A stretch of DNA of 64,000 nt, taken from positions 1-64,000 of the forward strand of contig CAVPZX010000003.1 of the NCBI GenBank assembly GCA_963710375.1, given 5' to 3'. A program made the translations under genes and the position numbers. Under the pieces are notes generated by a model, which made no database searches, was not told where the DNA came from, and saw only the letters and a program-made list of their open reading frames with translations. This stretch comes from Nitrospirota bacterium. Its GTDB lineage: Bacteria; Nitrospirota; Thermodesulfovibrionia; Thermodesulfovibrionales; Dissulfurispiraceae. Positions 40,913 to 49,975 of the stretch are shown here, one piece after another. Each line of letters starts with the position of its first letter. Position 1 is the stretch's first letter.

Positions 40913-41825
40913 ATCGATGCAGTCTACGGCCCACAGATTAATCAATGCTGATTCAAGAGACCTGTCTTTCCTGGCGGACGAGTCAGTGCATCTTGTAGTG
41001 ACGTCGCCTCCATACTGGAATCTCAAGCGTTATAACGAGAACCCGCATCAGCTTGGCCATGTCCAGGACTACGAAGCATTCCTTGCCGAGTTGGAGAAGG
41101 TTTGGAGGCAAATGTTTCGTATTCTTGTGCCTGGAGGGCGCTTAGTTTGTGTTGTTGGAGATGTCTGCGTTGCCCGGCGCACCTTTGGTCGGCATCTCGT
41201 TTTTCCGCTTCATGCAGACATCTGCGTCCTATGCAGGCGCATTGGTTTTGACAACCTTAACCCGATCATCTGGCACAAAATTAGTAATGCATCATATGAG
41301 GTTTCAAATGGATCGAGGTTTCTCGGCAAACCCTACGAACCGAACGCCATTATCAAGAATGATATGGAATTTATTCTTATGCAGAGAAAACCAGGTGGAT
41401 ACAGGAAGCCGACAAACGCACAGCGCGAGGCGAGCAAATTAACGAAAAAGGAGTTTGATCTCTGGTTTCAGCAGATATGGAATATTACAGGAGCTTCAAC
41501 CAAGAACCACCCGGCGCCGTTTCCCATGGAACTTGCCAAACGTTTGGTTCGGATGTTCTCTTTTGTTGGGGATACCGTGCTTGATCCATTTTGCGGATCG
41601 GGTACAACTATGGTTGCAGCACTGCGAACGGGCCGCGACAGTATAGGGGTTGAAATCGATCCTGAATATTGCCGGATGGCGGCCCGTTACCTAAAGGCTG
41701 AAACCGCGGGCCTTTTTTCAAATGCAAAGCTCCTCTTTGAAAGGAGCAGTACGGAGCAAGCGTGCCTTGTCAGGGAAGATCAAGCACTATACGAAGTCAG
41801 ACCAGCAAAAAAGAAATTAGAATAG
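40905..41825 (+). CDS. Beta-class amino-DNA methyltransferase (N4C/N6A)
   Basis: VTSPPY precedes HPAPFP and VLDPFCGSGTT. Confidence 0.93.
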   Translation: MCKSMQSTAHRLINADSRDLSFLADESVHLVVTSPPYWNLKRYNENPHQLGHVQDYEAFLAELEKVWRQMFRILVPGGRLVCVVGDVCVARRTFGRHLVFPLHADICVLCRRIGFDNLNPIIWHKISNASYEVSNGSRFLGKPYEPNAIIKNDMEFILMQRKPGGYRKPTNAQREASKLTKKEFDLWFQQIWNITGASTKNHPAPFPMELAKRLVRMFSFVGDTVLDPFCGSGTTMVAALRTGRDSIGVEIDPEYCRMAARYLKAETAGLFSNAKLLFERSSTEQACLVREDQALYEVRPAKKKLE

Positions 41826-41891
41826 GCCAATAGTTAAGCCTGACCTTATTGCTCTAGACATAACTGGTATATTTATCGTTAAACGGTGATA

Positions 41892-42257
41892 ATGCTGAAA
41901 GAAATAATAATAGTAATTGGGCACGCTCTTGTGGGTTGGGGTCTATGTGGAGCAACGATTGGAATAGGCCGTAATGTAACGTCAATGGAAAATACATTGA
42001 TTATTCATGCAGTAGCGGCCCCGGTTATTTTCGCAGTGATTTCTCTTTTGTATTTTAAGAAAGTGAATCATTATTCTCCTCTTTTTATTGCAACATTCTT
42101 TGTGGGCTTTGTAGTATTTATGGACATCGTTGTTGTGGCGACATTAATTGAGAGAGATTTCTCGATGTTTAAGAGCATCATTGGCACATGGATTCCGTTT
42201 CTCACTATATTCCTATCAGCACTTATAACAGGAAAAATGATAAAAAAAGGCGTCTAA
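41892..42257 (+). CDS. Hypothetical 4-TM membrane protein
   Basis: Hydrophobic, AT-rich ORF bounded by GTTAAAC and GTCTAAC. Confidence 0.8.
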   Translation: MLKEIIIVIGHALVGWGLCGATIGIGRNVTSMENTLIIHAVAAPVIFAVISLLYFKKVNHYSPLFIATFFVGFVVFMDIVVVATLIERDFSMFKSIIGTWIPFLTIFLSALITGKMIKKGV

Positions 42258-42285
42258 CAAGATGCCCCAAGATAGAGGAGGACGA

Positions 42286-42834
42286 GTGAAACCTGCGTTG
42301 GTGTTAGTGGATATTCAGCAAGATTATTTCCCGGGCGGAAGGATGGAAGTTGTCAGGGCAACCGAGGCGAGCATTGTCGCAAGAAGGCTTTTAGAACATT
42401 TTAGAGAAAACGAATTGCCGGTTATTTACATACAGCATATTTCGACGCGGGCAGGAGCTGCTTTTTTCCTGCCGGATACGGAAGGAGTAAACATTCATGA
42501 AAGTGTTGCGCCGTTGCCTGATGAAACTATCATCGAGAAGCATTTTCCGAACAGTTTTCGAAATACCAGGCTACATGAATATCTCGCAGCCAGAGGAATC
42601 AAGGAGCTTGTGTTTTGCGGGATGATGTCGCACATGTGTATTGATGCTACAGTAAGGGCAGCCTTTGATAATGGATACTCCTGTATTGTTGCTCACGATG
42701 CTTGTGCAGCAAGGAATTTAGTTTTCAATGGGACCGATATTCCGGCAACGCATGTGCATGGGGCGTATATGGCTGCGCTAGGAGCAGTTTATGCGAAGGT
42801 GTTAAGCGCTGAAGAAATAATCGGGATGCTGTGA
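42286..42834 (+). CDS. Isochorismatase-family cysteine hydrolase
   Basis: LVLVDIQQDYF, KHFPNSF, GMMSHMCIDATVR. Confidence 0.93.
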   Translation: MKPALVLVDIQQDYFPGGRMEVVRATEASIVARRLLEHFRENELPVIYIQHISTRAGAAFFLPDTEGVNIHESVAPLPDETIIEKHFPNSFRNTRLHEYLAARGIKELVFCGMMSHMCIDATVRAAFDNGYSCIVAHDACAARNLVFNGTDIPATHVHGAYMAALGAVYAKVLSAEEIIGML

Positions 42835-42841
42835 AACACCG

Positions 42842-44488
42842 CTACTGATACCACTCAGCCCGGTTCCTGGGCACATACCAGTGAATGAAATCGTAGTCTA
42901 TGCCCAGAGGGGCCTTTACCACGCCTTTAATGCGTTTGTTCAGTACAGGAAGGGCGTCGGGAACATAGAGGAATGCATATGGCTGTTCTTCGGCAAGTAT
43001 CTGGTGGATCCTGTGGTATATCATTTTTCGTTTCTCCAAAGAGAAGGTGCGCCTGCCTTCGAGCAGCAGCCGGTCCACGGTATCGTTTCTGTATGAGATA
43101 AAATTGAATTCACCCTCTTTGGTTTTTGAAGAATGAAAGATATCGTAAATATCAGGGTCGCGTGAGAGCGCCCACCCCAGAATAACAGCCTCGAAACGTT
43201 TTTTATCAATAAAATCGTGCAGCATTGCCTGCCACTCAAGTACTTTAATTTTTATTTCGATGCCGACCAGTTTGAGTTGTTCTTTCAGTATCTCTGCGGT
43301 TTTGATCCTCTCATCGTTCCCCTGGTTGACGAGAACCGTGAAGGAAAATGTTCTGCCGTCTTTTTCAAGCAGCCCTGAAGAATTCATCTTCCATCCAGCT
43401 TCAGCAAGCATGGCAAGCGCCTTTGCCGGGCTGTAGTCGTAATCTTTTATATCTGGACTATAGGCCCATGATTCAGGGGGGAAAGGGCCGGTGCAGGGAG
43501 TGCCGTATCCTAAGAGGACCCCGGCTATAATCTCTTTTTTGTTGATGGCGTGCGCTATTGCCTGCCTCACCCGCACATCGATGAAAAGCGGATTAAGCAG
43601 ATTGTATCCCATGTAGGTGTATCCGAACGATGGGTACCTGAATTTTTGGAAATATTTATTGAAGAAAGCTGAATTTGCCTGGAGCTTGTATTGAGGAGGG
43701 GTCAATCCCATGAAATCGATGCCGCCGAATTTCAGCTCCAGGAACATTGTTGCAGTATCCGGGATTATGCGATATATGACTTTGTCAATATTCGGTTTCC
43801 CCTCGAAATAGTTGTCGAAGGCATCGAGTACGATTTTTTGTCCGGTCACCCATTCGGTAAGCTTGTAAGGGCCATTTCCGACAGGGTGCCGGTTGATTTC
43901 AGGTGATGAAAGGTCCTTACCCTCAAGCAGGTGCTTTGGCACTATACCCATGCCCCATGATTCAAGCGCAGGGGCAAAAGGTTCTTTGTAGGTAACCTGG
44001 ACTGTATATTTATCGATTGCCTTAACGCTCCTGACAGGCCCGTATATGCTGCTGTACGGTGTAGGCACTTTGGGATCGATTACTTTATTGTAGGTGAAAA
44101 TAACGTCATCAGCAGTGAGTTCCACGCCATCCTGCCATCTGACGCCCTTACGAAGGTGAAAGGTGATACGCAGCCCATCGGTGCTCACTTCCCACGACTT
44201 GGCAATATCGCCGGTCAGCCGTATGTTCTTGTCATACTTTACCAGGCCATGATAAATAAACCCGCTTATTTCTCCTGATGAGCTGTCAGAGGCAAGGAAA
44301 GGAAGCAGCCGTTTGGCATCAGCAAGTGATCCCATCGTAATGTCATTTGGGTATTTGATATCAGGCGCACGTGAACAACCGGGTAAAAACGTGAAAAGCA
44401 AAGACAAAAAAAGTGAAACGTGAAACGTGAATAGTGAATAGTTAAAAGAAAGAAAGGCTGTCTTTTCTTTTATCCTTTCACTCTTCAC
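42842..44488 (-). CDS. Peptide ABC transporter substrate-binding lipoprotein (family 5)
   Basis: Lipobox LPGC; LRKGVRWQDG, PVGNGPY, VRQAIAHAIN. Confidence 0.93.
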   Translation of the reverse strand: MKSERIKEKTAFLSFNYSLFTFHVSLFLSLLFTFLPGCSRAPDIKYPNDITMGSLADAKRLLPFLASDSSSGEISGFIYHGLVKYDKNIRLTGDIAKSWEVSTDGLRITFHLRKGVRWQDGVELTADDVIFTYNKVIDPKVPTPYSSIYGPVRSVKAIDKYTVQVTYKEPFAPALESWGMGIVPKHLLEGKDLSSPEINRHPVGNGPYKLTEWVTGQKIVLDAFDNYFEGKPNIDKVIYRIIPDTATMFLELKFGGIDFMGLTPPQYKLQANSAFFNKYFQKFRYPSFGYTYMGYNLLNPLFIDVRVRQAIAHAINKKEIIAGVLLGYGTPCTGPFPPESWAYSPDIKDYDYSPAKALAMLAEAGWKMNSSGLLEKDGRTFSFTVLVNQGNDERIKTAEILKEQLKLVGIEIKIKVLEWQAMLHDFIDKKRFEAVILGWALSRDPDIYDIFHSSKTKEGEFNFISYRNDTVDRLLLEGRRTFSLEKRKMIYHRIHQILAEEQPYAFLYVPDALPVLNKRIKGVVKAPLGIDYDFIHWYVPRNRAEWYQ

Positions 44489-44509
44489 TATTCACTATTC
44501 ACGTTTCAC
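44383..44509. repeat. Inverted tandem heptamer element spanning the secG stop and the SBP signal peptide
   Basis: gtgaaac gtgaaac gtgaata gtgaata ... ttcactc ttcacta ttcacta ttcacgt ttcact. Confidence 0.88.
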
Positions 44510-44853
44510 TTAGCCGGCTGTGGCGGTTGCTGCGGCAATGGCTGCTGCTGCATTGGCTGTTGTGGCAGTTGTTGAGGAACAGCAGTTCTCTGTTGAGCGG
44601 CTGGGACTTCCTTGATGACGGACGCGTGTTTATTGGCCACCATGGACAAAATCAGGGATGTCAGCATAAATACGATCGCAGAACCTGTTGTGAGTTTGCT
44701 GAGAAACGTGGAGGCTCCCCTGCTTCCAAAGATTGTTTGGCTTGAGCCGCCGAATGCCGCGCCCATTTCCGCGCCTTTGCCGCCCTGCAGCAAGACGATC
44801 GAAATCAAGAACAGGCAGCAAACAACGTGTATAACTACTAAAAGTGTGGCCAT
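44506..44853 (-). CDS. secG: Preprotein translocase subunit SecG
   Basis: VLLQGGKGAEMGAAFGG, FGSRG, LSKLT. Confidence 0.96.
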   Translation of the reverse strand: MATLLVVIHVVCCLFLISIVLLQGGKGAEMGAAFGGSSQTIFGSRGASTFLSKLTTGSAIVFMLTSLILSMVANKHASVIKEVPAAQQRTAVPQQLPQQPMQQQPLPQQPPQPAK

Positions 44854-44885
44854 AAAACAAATCCCTCCGTAAGTTTATAGTTTTT

Positions 44886-45635
44886 TTACAAGATGGTCTT
44901 GAATTTTACAATTCTCGCAAAACTGTCAGCCTTCAGACTGGCGCCGCCTACAAGGGCCCCGTCCACATCGGCACAGTTCATCAGAGCATCTATATTATCG
45001 GGCGTTACGCTGCCGCCGTAAAGAATTCTGATCTCACCTGCGGCTGACCCGTACAGGGCTGCCAGTCTTTCACGTATGTAATGATGGGCATCCTGTGCCT
45101 GTTCCGTTGTTGCGGTCTTGCCGGTGCCGATCGCCCAAATCGGCTCATACGCAACTATTATGCCGTCTGAAGGGACATCTTTCAGCCCTTCCAATATCTC
45201 GCGGTTTAAAACGTCGAATGTCTTTCCAGCCTCACGCTCATCAAGGGACTCTCCTATACAAAAGATGACCTTCAGGTCATGTTTTCTTGCAATCTTTGTC
45301 TTCCGGTTAAGGATTTCATCTGTTTCTTTGAAATACTGGCGTCTTTCCGAATGGCCGATGATAACATGGCTGCACCCGGCATCAGTAAGCATGGATGGAG
45401 CGATCTCTCCGGTATATGCCCCTTTCTCCTCATAGAACATGTTCTGCGCGGCAAGATGTATGGGACTGTTTGCCAGGAGACCCGCAGCAGCGTAAATGGA
45501 GGTGAAGGGAGGAGCGATAACAATGTCGACGTTGTTAGCATGCTCAATTAGCGGAATGAATTCGTTCAGAAACGCCCGGGTTTCCGCGGCGGTCTTGTTC
45601 ATCTTCCAGTTGGCAGCTATACATGGCTTACGCAT
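44886..45635 (-). CDS. tpiA: Triosephosphate isomerase
   Basis: ANWKM, IGHSERR, AYEPIWAIGTG, LVGGASL. Confidence 0.98.
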   Translation of the reverse strand: MRKPCIAANWKMNKTAAETRAFLNEFIPLIEHANNVDIVIAPPFTSIYAAAGLLANSPIHLAAQNMFYEEKGAYTGEIAPSMLTDAGCSHVIIGHSERRQYFKETDEILNRKTKIARKHDLKVIFCIGESLDEREAGKTFDVLNREILEGLKDVPSDGIIVAYEPIWAIGTGKTATTEQAQDAHHYIRERLAALYGSAAGEIRILYGGSVTPDNIDALMNCADVDGALVGGASLKADSFARIVKFKTIL

Positions 45636-45689
45636 CTTTATACTCTAACGAATCGGAAACTACCTGTCAAGGCCGGCATCAATATTCTG

Positions 45690-45858
45690 GTAGTGGGCCA
45701 GTTTGTTTTTGCTCTGTATCACCTGGGTTATCAGCAGTGGGCGAGTAACGCCGAGCCCAAATATATAGGAAGTGGCGACCACAGATTATGCTCAAAACAG
45801 GCCAATGATTGAATTGAACGGCTAATTGATACAGAGCAAAAACAAACTGGCCCACTAC
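45690..45858. mobile_element. MITE-like element family D (169 bp)
   Basis: 32-bp perfect IR GTAGTGGGCCAGTTTGTTTTTGCTCTGTATCA / TGATACAGAGCAAAAACAAACTGGCCCACTAC. Confidence 0.8.
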
Positions 45859-45914
45859 ACAATATGCCCGTCGAATTGACTTGTATTAATTCTGATAAGT
45901 ATAATTAAAATCTT

Positions 45915-47396
45915 ATGGATGAAATTAATGATCTTATAGAACAGCGCCTTAAAAAGTTGGGCGAATTGCGCCTGAGCGGTACCGACCCCTATGATGGCAA
46001 ATTCAATCCCGAAGCCCATGCGGAAGATTTGAAATCGGCACACCGTAATGACACAAAAGAGCATTTCGAAACCGAGGCCGTATACACCTCTGTTGCAGGC
46101 AGGTTGGTGGCAATGCGGGACTTTGGAAAGGCCTCGTTCGCCCATATCCAGGACTCTACCGGAAAGATCCAGATATACCTGAAGAAAGACGTGCTCAATG
46201 AACAATATGCTCTCGTGAAAAAGCTGGACATCGGTGATATAGTAGGAATTTCGGGCAGGGTGTTCAGGACTAAAACTGAAGAACTCACGATTCAGGTGGA
46301 AAAGATTGTTTTGCTGAGCAAGTCACTCAGGCCGCTTCCTGAGAAATGGCACGGGTTGAAGGACATAGAAATGCGCTACCGTCAACGCTACGTCGATCTC
46401 ATCGTCAATCCCGAGGTAAAGGACATCTTTGCGGCGAGGAGCGCCATTATAAAGGCGATCAGGGATTTTCTCGAGCAAAAAGGCTTTATTGAGGTTGAAA
46501 CGCCTATGATGCACCAGATACCCGGCGGCGCAGCTGCGCGTCCTTTCAGTACTCACCATAACGCTCTTGATATGGACCTTTATCTCAGGATCGCTCCCGA
46601 GCTATACCTCAAGCGCCTGCTCGTGGGAGGGTATGAGAAAGTTTTTGAGTTGAACAAAAATTTCAGGAATGAAGGCATATCGACAAGGCATAATCCCGAA
46701 TTTACGATGCTGGAATTCTATATGGCATATAAGGACTACACGTATCTGATGTCCTTTACCGAGGAGTTTTTCTCTTTTGTGGCAAATAAGGCAGTGGGAG
46801 TTTTGAAAATCCCATACGGCGATGTGGTGATCGATTTGACGCCTCCGTGGCCTAGGATTCCCATGCTCGATGCGCTTAAACAGAAGGGTGTGCCTGACGA
46901 CGTCATTACAGACGTCAAAAAAGCTGTCGATTGGGCGCGAGCAAAGAAGCTTGATATTCCTGACGGCGCTTCCCACGGCAAGGTAATCGATGAGATTTTC
47001 AAGGAGTTTGTAGAACCTGAATTGATACAACCTACCTTTATCACCGACTACCCTGTTGAAATCTCTCCGTTAGCCAAGAGAAAGGCTGATAATCCCGAAC
47101 TGGTGGAACGGTTTGAGCTTTTCATTGCTGCCAGGGAGATTGCCAACGCCTTTTCAGAGTTGAACGATCCCATTGACCAGAAAGAGAGGCTTTCAAAACA
47201 GGCGCAGGCAAAGCGGGAAGGGGACGAAGAGGCCCACTGGATGGACGAAGACTTTGTACGGGCACTGGAATACGGCATGCCTCCGGCAGCTGGTGAGGGT
47301 ATAGGCATAGACAGGCTTGTAATGCTTTTTACAGGTTCCCAGTCAATAAGGGATGTTATTCTATTCCCGCAGTTGAAGCCGGAACAGCAACAATAA
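45915..47396 (+). CDS. lysS: Lysine-tRNA ligase (class II)
   Basis: PLPEKWHGL, RYRQRY, FRNEG, HNPEF, GIGIDRL. Confidence 0.98.
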   Translation: MDEINDLIEQRLKKLGELRLSGTDPYDGKFNPEAHAEDLKSAHRNDTKEHFETEAVYTSVAGRLVAMRDFGKASFAHIQDSTGKIQIYLKKDVLNEQYALVKKLDIGDIVGISGRVFRTKTEELTIQVEKIVLLSKSLRPLPEKWHGLKDIEMRYRQRYVDLIVNPEVKDIFAARSAIIKAIRDFLEQKGFIEVETPMMHQIPGGAAARPFSTHHNALDMDLYLRIAPELYLKRLLVGGYEKVFELNKNFRNEGISTRHNPEFTMLEFYMAYKDYTYLMSFTEEFFSFVANKAVGVLKIPYGDVVIDLTPPWPRIPMLDALKQKGVPDDVITDVKKAVDWARAKKLDIPDGASHGKVIDEIFKEFVEPELIQPTFITDYPVEISPLAKRKADNPELVERFELFIAAREIANAFSELNDPIDQKERLSKQAQAKREGDEEAHWMDEDFVRALEYGMPPAAGEGIGIDRLVMLFTGSQSIRDVILFPQLKPEQQQ

Positions 47397-47404
47397 AGAA
47401 CAGG

Positions 47405-48634
47405 ATGAACCTTCCCTATCCGCTCTTTATCGCCTTAAGGTACCTGAGATCCAAGAGACAAAACCGGGGCGTTTCTTTTAATACCATAATCTCCATAAGT
47501 GGGGTCGCCGTGGGTGTCATGGCGCTGCTGGTCGTGCTGTCCGTCATGAGCGGCTTCCGTGAAGACCTCCAGAAAAAAATTCTGGGCGCCAATGCGCATG
47601 CCATTGTCGAGAGTTACCGCGGCCCTATAGATAATTACGCTCCGCTGATCGCAGAACTCAGGCGTGTGCCGCATGTGGTCTCGGTTTCGCCTTTTGTCAT
47701 CGGTCAGGTGATGGTAACGAAGGGCAACAGGGCCCACGGCGTTTTTTTAAGGGGCATAGATCCTGCTACAGAATACGGCACAACAGATATTTTGAAACAT
47801 ATTGTCTCCGGCAGCGCCGGGGATCTCATTGGAAAAGATGGGGTCCCAGGGATCATCATAGGCAGCGAACTATCGTCAATGCTCGGGGTGACTACAGGTG
47901 AGAAGATCAATATTGTTTCACCTGAGGGTCAGATGGGGCCGCTCGGAATGCTGCCTAAAGTAAAGCAGTTCAGGGTTGCAGCTATTTTTGAGATGGGCAT
48001 GTTTGAGTATGATTCGAGCCTTGTACTTACCGGTATGAATGATGCCCGGAATTTCTTCGGCCTCGGAGATTCCATCTCCGGTATAGAACTGCGTCTTGAT
48101 GACATTTACAAGGCCCCGGAAGTCCGGAAATCGGTGGAGGCAATGCTTGGGTTCCCTTACGATGTCAGGGACTGGATGCAGATGAACCGGAACCTGTTTT
48201 CGGCCTTGAATCTCGAGAAATTTGCGATGTTTATCATATTGATACTTATCGTTCTGGTCGCGTCGTTTAATATTGTCAGCACGCTCATGATGAGCGTTAT
48301 GGAAAAGCAGAAGGAGATAGCGATACTAAAGACCATGGGAGCCACTCATCAGGGCGTCATGGCCATATTCATGCTACAGGGACTGCTTATCGGTCTTGTC
48401 GGCACCCTGCTGGGCGTATCCGGCGGTTATATTCTCGGCAGGTTGCTTAACGATTACCAGCTGATAAAACTCCCGGCAGACGTGTACTATCTGAGCAAGC
48501 TGCCGGTAAAGATGAAGCTCATCGATTTTCTGGTTGTTTCCGCGTCAGCCGTCACGATCAGTTTCCTTTCCACGATTTATCCATCGTACTATGCGGCAAA
48601 ATTGGACCCTGCAGAACCTTTGAGGTATGAGTGA
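47405..48634 (+). CDS. lolE: Lipoprotein-releasing ABC permease LolC/E
   Basis: VLSVMSGF, VASFNI, EIAILKTMGA, PAEPLRYE. Confidence 0.93.
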   Translation: MNLPYPLFIALRYLRSKRQNRGVSFNTIISISGVAVGVMALLVVLSVMSGFREDLQKKILGANAHAIVESYRGPIDNYAPLIAELRRVPHVVSVSPFVIGQVMVTKGNRAHGVFLRGIDPATEYGTTDILKHIVSGSAGDLIGKDGVPGIIIGSELSSMLGVTTGEKINIVSPEGQMGPLGMLPKVKQFRVAAIFEMGMFEYDSSLVLTGMNDARNFFGLGDSISGIELRLDDIYKAPEVRKSVEAMLGFPYDVRDWMQMNRNLFSALNLEKFAMFIILILIVLVASFNIVSTLMMSVMEKQKEIAILKTMGATHQGVMAIFMLQGLLIGLVGTLLGVSGGYILGRLLNDYQLIKLPADVYYLSKLPVKMKLIDFLVVSASAVTISFLSTIYPSYYAAKLDPAEPLRYE

Positions 48635-49017
48635 TGTTCAAACTTATTAAAAGAACTATATGTCTTTTGGTTATTGCGGTGATTGTTTTTGTTGTGATCG
48701 CCCTGCGGAGCGGCGGCGAGAAATTCAGATGGTTCGGCGAAAAGTCCGGAGGCGTGATAAAGGAAACCGGTGAGAAGCTCGGTCAAAAGGCGGATGAGCT
48801 CAAGGGAAAAAAGGATGAGGCTGTCAGTACCATAGAAAAAATTACTGGTAGAGACAAAAAAGACACACAAGATGCATCATCTGAGACTTCCAAGGAACAA
48901 GAGAGAAAGCCTGAAACCGGCAGCGCGGAAGAGAACGGAAATAAGACCGCTGGAAATTCACAGCATACGCTGTGGGACAGCATCATGGAAAAGATCAGGG
49001 CACTGACTAAGAGGTAG
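48631..49017 (+). CDS. Hypothetical membrane-anchored protein
   Basis: N-terminal TM, charged tail; sits between lolE and lolD. Confidence 0.75.
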   Translation: MMFKLIKRTICLLVIAVIVFVVIALRSGGEKFRWFGEKSGGVIKETGEKLGQKADELKGKKDEAVSTIEKITGRDKKDTQDASSETSKEQERKPETGSAEENGNKTAGNSQHTLWDSIMEKIRALTKR

Positions 49018-49024
49018 ACGGACG

Positions 49025-49732
49025 ATGCATGAACTGATAACTGTCGCCGGGCTGAAAAAGTCTTTTTATACTCCTGCAGGAGAATTGAGGGTATTAAGAG
49101 GCATAGACACGGTTTTCCATGAGGGGGAAATTGTCAGCATCGTTGGTGTTTCCGGAGTGGGCAAAAGCACTTTTCTCCACATTATGGGCACTCTTGACCG
49201 GCCCACTGAAGGCACCGTTATTTATAATGTTAAAGGAGACGTTGTTGACCCCTTTACACTTGGCAACGGTCAGCTCGCATCATTCCGTAATCGTGTAATA
49301 GGGTTTGTGTTCCAGTTCCACTATCTTTTGCCGGAGTTCAGCGCCCTTGAGAATGTTATGATGCCCGGCTTGCTCATGCAACGCGGGAGTAAACCGACGA
49401 ATGGGACCGGACAGGTGCGGGAACGGGCTGAGAAGTTGTTGGATGATCTCGGTGTTTATGCGCGGCGGGGCCATAAACCCGGGGAATTGTCAGGCGGCGA
49501 GCAGCAGCGAGTGGCAGTTGCAAGGGCACTCTTGCTGGAGCCCAGGGTTGTGCTTGCGGATGAGCCGACCGGCAACCTCGACACCGCTACAGGGGAAGAG
49601 CTTTTCAGGCTTTTAATGGATGTGAACGCGAAAAGCGGTGTCACCTTCATTGTCGTGACTCATAATGAGTCATTGTCGAGAAAGTGTCATAGAACGCTGG
49701 AGATGGTTGACGGCGGGATGACGGTTTCGTAA
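49025..49732 (+). CDS. lolD: Lipoprotein-releasing ABC ATPase LolD
   Basis: GVSGVGKST, GFVFQFH, LSGGEQQR, DEPTGNLD. Confidence 0.94.
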   Translation: MHELITVAGLKKSFYTPAGELRVLRGIDTVFHEGEIVSIVGVSGVGKSTFLHIMGTLDRPTEGTVIYNVKGDVVDPFTLGNGQLASFRNRVIGFVFQFHYLLPEFSALENVMMPGLLMQRGSKPTNGTGQVRERAEKLLDDLGVYARRGHKPGELSGGEQQRVAVARALLLEPRVVLADEPTGNLDTATGEELFRLLMDVNAKSGVTFIVVTHNESLSRKCHRTLEMVDGGMTVS

Positions 49733-49885
49733 AAAGTCCATATGCTGAGTTCCACCCCGTCAAGTCTGCGCCTTGCCAGGGACCCCGGGCGTTGCGCTGC
49801 ATCCTGCGTCACTGCGGCGTACCAAAAGTACGCCTCATTCCTTGGGATTTGTGCGCCTTGCCTATGAACTTTTTACGAAACCGTC
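49720..49885 (+). mobile_element. MITE family A copy 2 with 42-bp internal insert
   Basis: GACGGTTTCGTAAAAAGTCCATA...TATGAACTTTTTACGAAACCGTC; supplies the last lolD codons and stop. Confidence 0.9.
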
Positions 49886-49975
49886 TATTTGTCACTTGAT
49901 TTGGATTTTTTTGATTGAACATAGTGTTGTAAATCGGTTAAGATATTCAGCCTGTTATTGATCGGAGGAGTCGAA

